A stretch of DNA of 64,000 bases from Chloroflexota bacterium (GTDB taxonomy: Bacteria; Chloroflexota; UBA11872; VXNJ01). The stretch covers positions 560,456 to 624,455 of the forward strand of contig OZ244573.1 of NCBI GenBank assembly GCA_965217845.1, read 5' to 3'. Position 1 is the first letter of the stretch. Each line of letters opens with the position of its first letter. Below are positions 46,498 through 55,440 of this stretch, piece after piece. The notes beneath the pieces are model-generated. The model worked only from the letters and a program-made list of their open reading frames with translations, searched no databases and had not been told where the DNA came from. The translations under genes were made by a program, and so were the position numbers.

Positions 46498-49164
46498 TTA
46501 GCCCACCACCAGGTTCAGTAGCCGCTCGGGCACGTAGATTACCTTACGGACTGCCTTGCCGTCTAAGTGGGCCTTTACGTTGGGGAGCTCCAGGGCGGCG
46601 GCCAGGGCGTCGGACTCGGCCAGGCCGGCCGCGGCCTGCATGCGGTCGCGGACGCGTCCGTTTACCTGGACCACCACGGTGACGCTATCGGACTTGAGCA
46701 GTTCGGGATCGGCTTCCGGCCAGGCGGCACGGACGATGCTGGCGGTATGGCCGAGCTTTTGCCAGAGCTCTTCGGCCAGGTGCGGGGCCACCGGGGCCAG
46801 CAGGCGCACCAGGATGTCCTTTATCTCCTGGCCGGCCGCGGACGCGGCCAATTCCTGCGACCAGATTGCAAGCAGTTCGTTGACCGGTTCCATCAGGCCG
46901 TTGGCGAGCAGGGTGTTAAAGCGCAGCTGTTCGATGTCGTCGCTGCACTTGGCGATCGCGCGATGGGCGATCCGCCGGGCCCGGTCCTGAGCCTGGGTTG
47001 GCGGCAGCGATCCGCGGGCGGCGAATGCCGGTTCACCGGTGACCAGCCGCCACAGGCGCCGGTAAAAGCGGGTGATTCCGTTCAGCCCGCTCTCGCTCCA
47101 CGGGAGCGTTCCTTCGAGCGGCGCCATGAAAAGCTCGTATCCGCGCAGGCCGTCGGCGCCGTAGCGTTCAACCACGCTGTCGGGGGTGACCACGTTGCCC
47201 AGCGATTTGGACATCTTGCCGGAGCGAATCGGCGCCCAGTCGCCGACCGGATCGGCACGCAGTTCGAATTCGGCCTTTGCCGGGGCATGGTAGAGGAAAT
47301 CGCGTTCCTCGCCGCTCGGATTGGCAAACACGTCGAAACCCTCGCCGCCGCGCGCCGACACCCTTCCGCCGGCCAGCTTGGCCTGCTCGAGATTGACCCA
47401 GCCGTCCTCGGCCAGCATCATCCCCTGATGGCGCAGGGACCCGAATGGCTCGGGCGTGGACACGTGCCCGGCGTCGAAAAGGACCTTGTTCCAAAAGCGG
47501 GCGTACAGAAGGTGCATTACCGAGTGCTCGGCCCCGCCGACGTAGAGGTCGACCGGCATCCAGCGCTGCTCTGCCTTTGGCTCGACCGGGCCGGACTGGA
47601 AATCGGGGGTGATAAAGCGCAGGAAATACCATGACGAACAGGCAAAACCGCCCAGGGTGTCGGTCTCGCGCCGCGCCGCGCCGTGGCACTGCGGACAGCT
47701 CGTGCGAACCCAATCGCGGGCTCGCTCCAGCGGTGATCCCAACTCCGGGTCGGGCCGGAAGTCCTCAAGCGGTGGCAGCAGCACCGGCAGCTGGCCCTCG
47801 GGCACGGGAACCTGACCGCAATCGGGGCAGTGCACGATCGGGATCGGGCATCCCCAGTAGCGCTGCCGCGAGATGAGCCAGTCGCGGAGCCGGTAATTGA
47901 CCGCCGCGCTGCCGCGTCCGCGGGCGGCCAGATCGGCGGTTACGGTCGCGATCGCCGTTTCCGAATCGAGGCCGGAATGGGATCCCGAGTTGATCAGGCG
48001 GCCTTCGCCGACGTAGGCCTCCGACAATGGCTGCCCGTCCCAGTCGGGCGGTTCGATCACCACCGGTATCGGGAGCCCGAAGCGCGCCGCGAAAGCGAAG
48101 TCGCGTTGGTCGTGGGCCGGTACCGCCATGATCGCCCCGGAACCATAGCTGGCCAGGACGTAGTCGGCGACCCAGATCGGGATCTTCTCGTCGTTGACCG
48201 GATTGATGGCGTAGCTGCCGGTGAAAACGCCGGTCTTTTCGCGCTCGGCGGTGGTGCGCTCGATCTCAGAGGTGCGCAGGGCGCGGTTCACGTATTCGGA
48301 TACGGCCGCTTCCTGCCCGGGAACGGTCAGTTCCTCCAGCAGCCCGTGTTCGGGCGCCAGCACCATGAAGGTGGCCCCGTAGAGGGTGTCGGGCCGGGTC
48401 GTGTAGACACTGAGTTCTTGGCCGGCCTCGGTCAAGAAGATCACATCGGCGCCGGTGGAGCGACCGATCCAGTTGACCTGCATACGCTTGGTGGACTCGG
48501 GCCAGTCGACCTGGTCGAGATCGGAAAGCAGGCGGTCGGCGTAGGCGCGAATGCGGAAGAACCACTGCCGCAACGGCTTGCGGTAGACGTTGGAGTGGCC
48601 GCGCCAGTCGCGTCCGTCGGCCAGGACCTCTTCGTCGGCCAGCGCGCCGCAGGTGTCGCACCACCACTGCCGTTTCTCGGCCCGATAGGCAAGCCCGCGG
48701 TAGTAGAGCTGCAGAAATATCCACTGCGTCCAGCGGTAGTAGTCGGGGTGCGAGGAATTGATCTCGCGGTCCCAGTCGTAGCCGCAACCGACCAGCTTCA
48801 GCTGGCGCTTGTAATTGGCAGCGTACTCGACGATCGACTCGGCCGGATGGCGGCCCTTGTCGATCGCATCCTGTTCGGCCGGCAATCCGAACGCGTCCCA
48901 ACCCATCGGGTGCAGGACTTCAAACCCGCGCATGCGCTTGTAGCGGGCGAACGCGTCAACCGGGATGTAGTTGCGGAAATGGCCGACGGACAGACCGTCG
49001 CCCGAAGGGTAGGGGAAGAACTCGAGCGCGTAATAGGGGGGTTTGTCCGAGTACGTGTTAGTCCGGTAGGCTCCCGCTGCCTCCCAGCGCTGTTGCCACT
49101 TTGATTCGATCCGGGCAAATTCGTACCCACCCTGGGCGGGCCGGTCGGGGGCTTGGTCTGGCAT
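46498..49164 (-). CDS. leuS: leucine--tRNA ligase
   Basis: FPYPSGDGLSVGH (HIGH region), GKMSKSLGNVV and a CP1 editing domain. The ATG at 49164 (MPDQAPD) is favoured over the ORF-track start at 49224. Confidence 0.9.
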   Translation of the reverse strand: MPDQAPDRPAQGGYEFARIESKWQQRWEAAGAYRTNTYSDKPPYYALEFFPYPSGDGLSVGHFRNYIPVDAFARYKRMRGFEVLHPMGWDAFGLPAEQDAIDKGRHPAESIVEYAANYKRQLKLVGCGYDWDREINSSHPDYYRWTQWIFLQLYYRGLAYRAEKRQWWCDTCGALADEEVLADGRDWRGHSNVYRKPLRQWFFRIRAYADRLLSDLDQVDWPESTKRMQVNWIGRSTGADVIFLTEAGQELSVYTTRPDTLYGATFMVLAPEHGLLEELTVPGQEAAVSEYVNRALRTSEIERTTAEREKTGVFTGSYAINPVNDEKIPIWVADYVLASYGSGAIMAVPAHDQRDFAFAARFGLPIPVVIEPPDWDGQPLSEAYVGEGRLINSGSHSGLDSETAIATVTADLAARGRGSAAVNYRLRDWLISRQRYWGCPIPIVHCPDCGQVPVPEGQLPVLLPPLEDFRPDPELGSPLERARDWVRTSCPQCHGAARRETDTLGGFACSSWYFLRFITPDFQSGPVEPKAEQRWMPVDLYVGGAEHSVMHLLYARFWNKVLFDAGHVSTPEPFGSLRHQGMMLAEDGWVNLEQAKLAGGRVSARGGEGFDVFANPSGEERDFLYHAPAKAEFELRADPVGDWAPIRSGKMSKSLGNVVTPDSVVERYGADGLRGYELFMAPLEGTLPWSESGLNGITRFYRRLWRLVTGEPAFAARGSLPPTQAQDRARRIAHRAIAKCSDDIEQLRFNTLLANGLMEPVNELLAIWSQELAASAAGQEIKDILVRLLAPVAPHLAEELWQKLGHTASIVRAAWPEADPELLKSDSVTVVVQVNGRVRDRMQAAAGLAESDALAAALELPNVKAHLDGKAVRKVIYVPERLLNLVVG

Positions 49165-49507
49165 CGGCTTCGTCGGAGTGAATGCAAACAAATGACCCGC
49201 ACCGCGGTCGGGTGGGGCGGGCACACAAATTTTGCCAGCAATTCAGGCGTCTGGATGCAAGCGGATCCCAGTCGGAGGCCGGTCGACGCGTCATCTCGCC
49301 GCCCGGTTTTATGGACAAACGATCCAGGCCGGGAATTGCCGGGCCGCGTCGGTGCCACCGCCCGCCAAAACCGGTGCAGGCGACTTTAACTTGAAAATAC
49401 AGGCATGGCGGGAACCAAATCGTAGCGCGGAGTGTTAGATGGCGACACGCGGGCACGCCCACGCCCACCGGCGCAGTCGCTTGTGGGAATTGGCCCACGC
49501 CCGCGGG

Positions 49508-50689
49508 ATGCAGCGCCGCCAGTTCCTGCAGCTGCTCTCAATCGGCGGCGCAGGCGCCGTCATTGCCGCCTGCGCCGCCGATTCGCAACCGCGTCAACCC
49601 GGTGCGGGGTCCGATGGCGGTGCGATCCCGGTTGAAGGCTGGTTCAAGGACCCGGGGCCGTTCATAAGGCACAACGGAAAAAACTTGGAAACCCGGCTGG
49701 CCAACCTGGAGGGCATGATTACCCCCGCGCAGCACTTTTTCGTGCGCAACAATTCGCACAGTCTGGATCTGGCCGCATCCGAGTGGCTGTTGCGGGTGGA
49801 AGGGGACGCGGTTACCAACCCGTTGGAGCTAAGCATTGACCAGATCCGCGAGTTGCCGATCCGGACATTTACCGCCTATCTGGAATGCGCCGGCAATCAC
49901 CGCGCAATGTTCGATCTCCTGCACGGCCGTAAGGCTTCCGGTACGCAGTGGATGACCGGGGGAATCAGCAACGGCGAATGGTCTGGAACAGCGCTGCGCG
50001 AGGTACTCGCTCTGGCCGGCGTTAGCGGCCAGGCGGTGAGCGTCCAGCTGGTGGCACTCGACCAGGAATCCCCGGAACAAGGATTCCGTTACGTGCTGCC
50101 GATGTCGAAGGCGATGCATCCCGACACGTTGTTGGCCTATTCATTAAACGGGGAGCCGCTGCCGCGCGACCACGGCTTCCCTCTGCGGGCCCTGGTTCCG
50201 GGCTGGGTCGGGGCCGCCAGCGTCAAGTGGCTTGGCCGCATCGAGGTTGCGCGAAGACCGATCTTTGGCCGCACCAACACCACTTCCTACGTGCTCATCG
50301 GCGACCGTTTTCCGGCACGTGCCCCGGCGCAGGGCGAACCGGTGCACGCCCAGGTGATAAAGAGTGCCTTGGCACTGCACTGGCCGGCCCGACTTGCCGC
50401 CGGCCGGGTTCGCCTGCACGGCTATGCTCAGTCCCCGACCGACCCGATCGGGCGCGTGCAATGGAGTGTCGATTCCGGGGCAAGTTGGGCCGATGCGGAG
50501 CTGGTTGGTCCACGGCCGGATTATTCCTGGGCGCGATTCGAATTCTCTTGGGATGCGACGCCGGGCGAGTACTCGATCATGACCCGCGCCACCGACGCGG
50601 CAGGCAACTACCAGCCCGATCGGGTGCCGTTTAACGCCAAAGGGTACCTATTCAACCAGCCGATCCCACATCCGGTGCGCGTCGAATAG
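49508..50689 (+). CDS. sulfite-oxidase-family molybdopterin oxidoreductase, Tat-exported (possible lipoprotein)
   Basis: Twin-arginine MQRRQFLQLL, AVIAACAA lipobox-like segment, YLECAGNHR (Mo-ligand Cys) and a C-terminal dimerisation-like domain. Confidence 0.75.
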   Translation: MQRRQFLQLLSIGGAGAVIAACAADSQPRQPGAGSDGGAIPVEGWFKDPGPFIRHNGKNLETRLANLEGMITPAQHFFVRNNSHSLDLAASEWLLRVEGDAVTNPLELSIDQIRELPIRTFTAYLECAGNHRAMFDLLHGRKASGTQWMTGGISNGEWSGTALREVLALAGVSGQAVSVQLVALDQESPEQGFRYVLPMSKAMHPDTLLAYSLNGEPLPRDHGFPLRALVPGWVGAASVKWLGRIEVARRPIFGRTNTTSYVLIGDRFPARAPAQGEPVHAQVIKSALALHWPARLAAGRVRLHGYAQSPTDPIGRVQWSVDSGASWADAELVGPRPDYSWARFEFSWDATPGEYSIMTRATDAAGNYQPDRVPFNAKGYLFNQPIPHPVRVE

Positions 50690-50765
50690 GCCGGCCGACG
50701 GCAGAATCAATAACTCGCGGCCGCGGCCGCGCGACGGGAGTAACCAGAAATATCGCCAGCGGTGC

Positions 50766-51311
50766 ATGCATCAGAGCCGATGGCGGAAGGGGTTGTTGAA
50801 CGTAAACGTTTATCTGAAGGCGGGGCTATTCACGCTGGTGGTACCCGGGACGGCAGCAGTTCTAATACCCCTCGTCCTGGCCGGCGGCCGGCCTGCGGGC
50901 GGGGGTGCGCAGTTCGTTCTGGCGCTTGGCCTGCTGGCGCCGGGAATGGCGCTATATCTGCGCTGTGTTTGGGACTTTGCCGCCTGGGGTAGAGGCACAC
51001 CGGCGTTTGTCGATGCCCCCAAGCGCCTGGTGGCGCGCGGCCCGTACCGCTACACCCGCAACCCGATGTATGTGGCAATGCTGGCAACGGTTCTTGGCTG
51101 GGCGGTGCTGTTCGGCGCGGCTTGGCTTGTCGTCTACGCGCTGTTGTTGCTCGCCTTCTTCTGGTCATTCGTGCAGTTCTACGAAGAGCCCCGCCTGGCC
51201 CGAGAGTTCGGCGCCGAATACCTCGCCTATCAGCGCCGGGTCAATCGCTGGCTGCCGTGGCCGCCGCGGAGCAAGGCGAATGGCCGAACGCCGCCTTCCG
51301 GGACCGACTAA
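50766..51311 (+). CDS. isoprenylcysteine carboxyl methyltransferase (ICMT)/phospholipid methyltransferase family membrane protein
   Basis: Four to five TM helices and a GPYRYTRNPMY motif. Confidence 0.7.
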   Translation: MHQSRWRKGLLNVNVYLKAGLFTLVVPGTAAVLIPLVLAGGRPAGGGAQFVLALGLLAPGMALYLRCVWDFAAWGRGTPAFVDAPKRLVARGPYRYTRNPMYVAMLATVLGWAVLFGAAWLVVYALLLLAFFWSFVQFYEEPRLAREFGAEYLAYQRRVNRWLPWPPRSKANGRTPPSGTD

Positions 51312-51337
51312 TCGTCAGTAGAGGGACCAGGCTGCCG

Positions 51338-52138
51338 TCAGAACCGCCCCGAGACCGCTATCGTCCGCCAATGACCGTCGCGGGCGGCGATCAACGCCCC
51401 AATTGCGCGGCTGGCAGGGCCGCCGTCGGCCCGCGAGGCTACCAGTACGCCGGTGGCGCCGGCGGCGACCAGCTCGGCAGGTCCGCGCCCGGCATTGGCC
51501 GCCGCGATCCCTCCGGCAGGTCGGCTTCGCAATTGATCCCGATCGCCAAGGACCTCGACGCGACCCGGGCCGCGCACCAGCGTCAACGGAAAACGAATGC
51601 AGCCGAGCCAATCGTCGCGATTACCCACCTGCAGGGCCCTCAGCATTCGGTTTGCGAAATCTAGCCCCTGAGCTGCCGCATATCCCTGGTCCGCGTCGGG
51701 CATGTAACTGTCGATCCCGAATCGGGCCTGTATGCCCCAGCCGTCGCTCATTCGCGTCAGGGTGTAGAGCACGCGGTTAGAGACGATCGGCGAATCGTCG
51801 GCGCGTACCCGGGTCCAGCCCCCGGAAAGGAGCACCAGAACGTCGGATTCGAGGATGCGAACCGGCGCGTGCCCACGGGTGCGCACCCACCCGGTGGCTT
51901 CAAACCGCTCCCAGCCCATGGACTGGGCCGCGGCCGCGTAGTCCTCGAAGTTGGGGTAGAGCCGAGCCGCGGTGCGCGGATTGAAGAATCGCTGGTTGGA
52001 GCCGCCCGGGTCACCAGCCGAGACGCGCACATGCGGGTAAGACATCACCCCCGCCCAACCGGTTGCGTCCTTGGCGTTGAACCTTTCGAAAAACGCCCAG
52101 TAGGCATCCTCGGGGGACTGGTATCGGCGGATCTTCAA
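51338..52138 (-). CDS. hypothetical protein, possibly two NTF2/SnoaL-like domains
   Basis: 266-aa ORF with coding-like composition. The N-terminus AYWAFFERFNAKDATGWAGVMSYPHVRV resembles NTF2-like folds. Weak call. Confidence 0.35.
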   Translation of the reverse strand: MKIRRYQSPEDAYWAFFERFNAKDATGWAGVMSYPHVRVSAGDPGGSNQRFFNPRTAARLYPNFEDYAAAAQSMGWERFEATGWVRTRGHAPVRILESDVLVLLSGGWTRVRADDSPIVSNRVLYTLTRMSDGWGIQARFGIDSYMPDADQGYAAAQGLDFANRMLRALQVGNRDDWLGCIRFPLTLVRGPGRVEVLGDRDQLRSRPAGGIAAANAGRGPAELVAAGATGVLVASRADGGPASRAIGALIAARDGHWRTIAVSGRF

Positions 52139-52312
52139 ATCCTTGTATCTCGCGGATCGGCGCCGGGGCAGGCTTGATTCTTGGGGGGCGTCGACGCGAT
52201 CGGCAACAAACGATAGTAGGAGGATCTGATAGGGACCATACTGAGGTCAAATACGCCTACCGGCCCGGCACTCTTGATAGCCGTCCCGGGGCGTGGAAGG
52301 GAATGTGATCCA

Positions 52313-52729
52313 ATGGCAATCGTAATGCGAATCGTCGCGGCTTACCTGGTCCTGCTGGCTGTCGTCGTCGCCCTCAATTTCGTCGCCACGCCGCTTTATC
52401 ACCCCGGTGGCGACGAACCCTTCCCCGTATGGGAAATCCTCAACTGGTTTATGGCAGCGGGAATGGTGATCACGATCGCCGTCGCCTACGCCGCCAAACG
52501 CGCCGTCGACGCCGATGATTCGGCCGATCTGAGGCAATATCTGCGCGCCAGCGTGCTTTTCTACGTGAGCGCGGTCGTGTTTTTGGCGTTTTTCTGGAAC
52601 TGGTTCTCAAATCTTTCGCCCAACACCGAACCCGACGGTTTGGTGTGGGTTTTCGTGGACACGGCCATGCCGCTGGTTGCGGGCGTTGCCGGCTGCCGCC
52701 TGTGGCGGCGCGCCGGAACTCTAAGGTGA
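52313..52729 (+). CDS. small integral membrane protein (4 predicted helices)
   Basis: ATG at 52313 (MAIVMRIVAAYLVLLAVVVAL) and four hydrophobic segments. No family recognised. Confidence 0.5.
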   Translation: MAIVMRIVAAYLVLLAVVVALNFVATPLYHPGGDEPFPVWEILNWFMAAGMVITIAVAYAAKRAVDADDSADLRQYLRASVLFYVSAVVFLAFFWNWFSNLSPNTEPDGLVWVFVDTAMPLVAGVAGCRLWRRAGTLR

Positions 52730-52829
52730 TCGGCGGCACCGGCCCGGCCCTTCGCCATTCCGGCGGGGCTTGGCCGCGACCAGCGGTCGTGTTTTTGGGG
52801 CGCCGAATCCGCGCGTGATGGGGCCGCGA

Positions 52830-53274
52830 TCACGCCGCACTGGGGCCGGGAAACTGCCGGCGCCCTAGGCCCTCGGCGACCACGGCGCAATCCTCGATCG
52901 CCAGCGCGCGCCGCATATGGCTGGGGTCGCCGGTGGGCTCCCCGACTCCGGCTGCAACCACCAAACAAAGCTCGGAACCGGCAATTCGCAGTGATCCGTC
53001 CGCGGTCGCTCTGAACCGCTGCAGCGGCGCGTCCGAACACTCCGCCAGGCGCAGGTCGGACATCGGCGCCGCCACCGCGGCCTGAAGGCAGAGGCCATAG
53101 GCCGGCATCGGAAGATTTCCCGGCAGCGGCTCCTCGGGCGCCAACAATTCCTCGTCGGCGCCGGGTTTTTGAGGCATGGGCCGTCAAGGCCGCCCGCAAA
53201 TTGGTGCTGGCGCCAAACTCGGGCACATCGATGCAGGAGAACTCGGGTTCATCCAGGGGATCGGCAAGTTGCAC
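52830..53274 (-). pseudogene. possible frameshifted beta-trefoil (ricin-B-like) lectin ORF
   Basis: The frame of the 115-aa ORF contains LCLQAA, LRLAECSDAPLQRF and GSELCLVV. An adjacent frame upstream contains FSCIDVPEFGAST. The two frames meet at an A5 run (CCTCAAAAACCC) near 53170-53180. Confidence 0.3.
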
Positions 53275-53503
53275 CCGGTTCGGTCCCTCCGCCGTTTGGC
53301 CAAGCCAACGGCGCGGTCGGGCTGCGACCGCTGGCGCCGCGGGTATGTCCGGCGCGACCACGGCGGCGGGTGTATTGGGCGCTGCGGTCGATACATTGGC
53401 GGGTCCGGGTTTCCCGGGCCCGCACGCCGGCAACGCCAACGCCCTGGGCAGGGATCGGTGGGAGGTGCGGTCTGGCTGGCTGGTGCTGCCCCGAAGCTGT
53501 TGC

Positions 53504-54019
53504 CTATTCCCACCACCCGGAGCCGAAGTAAAGCCCGTCGTGGCGGACAATCCACGTGCGCTTAAGCGTGTCCAGGCCCGTTTGCGGGTTGACGAAGTGG
53601 TAGTTGACCCACTGTCCGGCCGCAGTCGCTGCGGCCATTTCAGGCCCGTAGGCGTGGCCGGTTGAATCGACCCGATCGGCCCGCCCGGTCCCAATGCGGT
53701 CCTTGCGCAGCGGGTGGGCGATCATGATCTCGTTCTCGTCAATGATGAAAACGTACCATTGCCCGTCGACATGGGTGGTCGCGTTGTAGTACTCGATGGT
53801 CTCGGTGCGGCCGTGCGAGTCGTAGTAGTCGAGGGCCTTCTGTACGAATGCCTGGGTGTACGCGGCCGGATCGGCGGGTGCGGCCGACCTCTCGCCGGTT
53901 GGCCCGCCGGTAAATGCCAAAAGCGAAAAGACCAGGGAAAGGATCGCGATCGCCAGCGCCACAACGCTGAGTAACGCTACCGGTACGGCGAGGTTGTGGC
54001 CGCCGTTGCCAGATGTCAT
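53504..54019 (-). CDS. membrane-anchored stand-alone Cache-like (sCache_2-like) extracytoplasmic domain protein
   Basis: One N-terminal TM, then WYVFIIDENEIMIAHP ... GQWVNYHFVNPQTG ... LYFGSGWW, matching the single-Cache pattern as I remember it. Strong RBS GAGGAG. Paralog at 62282-62809. Confidence 0.6.
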   Translation of the reverse strand: MTSGNGGHNLAVPVALLSVVALAIAILSLVFSLLAFTGGPTGERSAAPADPAAYTQAFVQKALDYYDSHGRTETIEYYNATTHVDGQWYVFIIDENEIMIAHPLRKDRIGTGRADRVDSTGHAYGPEMAAATAAGQWVNYHFVNPQTGLDTLKRTWIVRHDGLYFGSGWWE

Positions 54020-54176
54020 TACTGTCTCCTCAAATCGCGGCTGCGCACCGCGGAAGATCCAATTTGTCGTCGATCGAGGGCGCCGGCCGCAGTCAAAAAA
54101 ATCCGGCCTGGCCGCTGGTGGGCGATCGCCTAACTATTTTCGCCGCCGCCGCCTTTGGGTCGCCGTAAGCGAATGC

Positions 54177-54206
54177 TATAGTTTGTGATGCAAACTAGTT
54201 TGTAAC
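54177..54206. promoter_or_regulatory. operator-like inverted and direct repeat upstream of the membrane protein/wHTH operon
   Basis: TAGTTTG-tgatg-CAAACTA (54179-54197), with TAGTTTGT repeated at 54179 and 54196. Overlaps a TATAGT -10-like hexamer, about 25-50 nt upstream of the ORF at 54228. Confidence 0.4.
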
Positions 54207-54227
54207 ACGCTCCGAATCGCCGATCAG

Positions 54228-54899
54228 ATGGGTGAGCGGGCGCGGGTGAGCGGAAGGCGGCAGCTGATGGCGCAAGTTTTAAACGACCCCGAACAAATCT
54301 CGGCCGGGGCGAGCCTGGAGGAGATTCACGCAACGCTTGATCGAACCCACAGCTCGATGTACATGGCGGGAACGGCGTCGATACTCCTGCTCTGGGGCGG
54401 GATGATGGCGGTCTTCTACTTCCTGCAATTTGCCTTAGCTGAGTTGGCCCCTGAGTTCGTGGCCAGCTATCCCTGGTACCCCGGCCCGCTGTGGGGCGTG
54501 CTGGGGACCGCGGGAATGATCGGCAGTTCCGTAATCGGGCACCGCGCCAGCAAACATTTCGCCGCCGGCCGGGCGGCCCGTAATGCCGGAATCAAGGTGT
54601 TCCTGTTCTGGATCGCGGTGGTGACGGCGGCGATATTAATCCCCGGGGCGGCAGGGCTGTGGTCGGCCGCACAGGCCGAAAACATCCCTTACGTCGTCTT
54701 GGGCGTCATCAGCCTGGGTTACGTTCTGTTCGGCATCATGCACCGCCCGGCGATTGCAGTCGTCGGCATTGGCATAGCGGCGGCGTTCTACGTCCCCAGC
54801 TACCTGGCCGGCGAATACGCCGGGCTCGTTACAGGGGCAGCGATGCTCACGGTTTGCGTACTGGGTGCGGCGTGGATTCGCCGGAGCGGACTGCTGTGA
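54228..54899 (+). CDS. integral membrane protein (about 5 helices), unknown family
   Basis: 223-aa ORF (alternative ATG at 54267) with hydrophobic helices. Its stop overlaps the downstream regulator start (GTGA). Confidence 0.55.
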   Translation: MGERARVSGRRQLMAQVLNDPEQISAGASLEEIHATLDRTHSSMYMAGTASILLLWGGMMAVFYFLQFALAELAPEFVASYPWYPGPLWGVLGTAGMIGSSVIGHRASKHFAAGRAARNAGIKVFLFWIAVVTAAILIPGAAGLWSAAQAENIPYVVLGVISLGYVLFGIMHRPAIAVVGIGIAAAFYVPSYLAGEYAGLVTGAAMLTVCVLGAAWIRRSGLL

Positions 54900-55210
54900 G
54901 CGGTGAGCGGATTGTTTTAAACGAGATCATCCACCAACCCACCCGCCTGCGAATAATGACCATGCTCGTTTCCCAATCCGAGGACGGCCGCCTCACCTAC
55001 GGGTTTATTCAGAAGACGCTGGAGTTGACCGGTGGCAACCTGACCACGCACCTGCGCAAGCTCGAGGATGCCAACTATCTCAAGACCAGCAAGGAGTTTG
55101 CAAACTCCAAGCCGCGAACCTGGATCAGCCCCACCGAAGAAGGGCGCCGCGCGTTCGCCGAGTACCTTGCCAACCTGGCCCGGGCGCTGGGCTGGGAGGC
55201 ACCGAACTAG
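54896..55210 (+). CDS. winged-helix transcriptional regulator (HTH_34/ArsR-like)
   Basis: LNEIIHQPTRLRIMTML ... GNLTTHLRKLEDANYL ... RTWISPTEEGRRAF. GTG at 54896 is coupled to the upstream ORF. Confidence 0.7.
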   Translation: MSGERIVLNEIIHQPTRLRIMTMLVSQSEDGRLTYGFIQKTLELTGGNLTTHLRKLEDANYLKTSKEFANSKPRTWISPTEEGRRAFAEYLANLARALGWEAPN

Positions 55211-55440
55211 GCTGAGCCTGACGCCCATTTGCCGCGGCGACCGGAAAATCGCTGCTGGCATCGATGTGGTCAGGACCCGGCAAGGGTTGGCGAAAATTGC
55301 GCGTGCTCGAACCGTTTTCGGGGCCAACCTGGTTGAGGAGCAGCATCAATTTGCGATCGCGTCGCGGAATTGCCGGCGGTTCGGCGGTGGATTTATCAAC
55401 TGCCAACGAGCACCTTTCAAAAGCGCGTGACCGCAGCCAA

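Noticed and set aside
47830-49104. 424-aa plus-strand ORF (and similarly 46567-47634)
   Set aside because: It is antisense to leuS, which has clear class I synthetase motifs. Same high-GC artefact.
49345-49365. T-box-like core (minus strand GGTGGCACCGACGCG) upstream of leuS
   Set aside because: It has an extra nucleotide relative to the GGUGGNACCGCG core. The variable base (C) would pair with a G discriminator rather than the A73 expected for tRNA-Leu. No Stem I, specifier or terminator features were recognised, and it lies about 180 nt from the start.
52561-53694. 377-aa minus-strand ORF taken as a single gene
   Set aside because: Its 5' part overlaps the Cache-like gene and its 3' part overlaps the 52313-52729 membrane protein gene. 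Most of the translation is Arg/Pro/Ala-rich. Only a short central piece looks protein-like, and that piece is discussed as a possible frameshifted lectin-like remnant.
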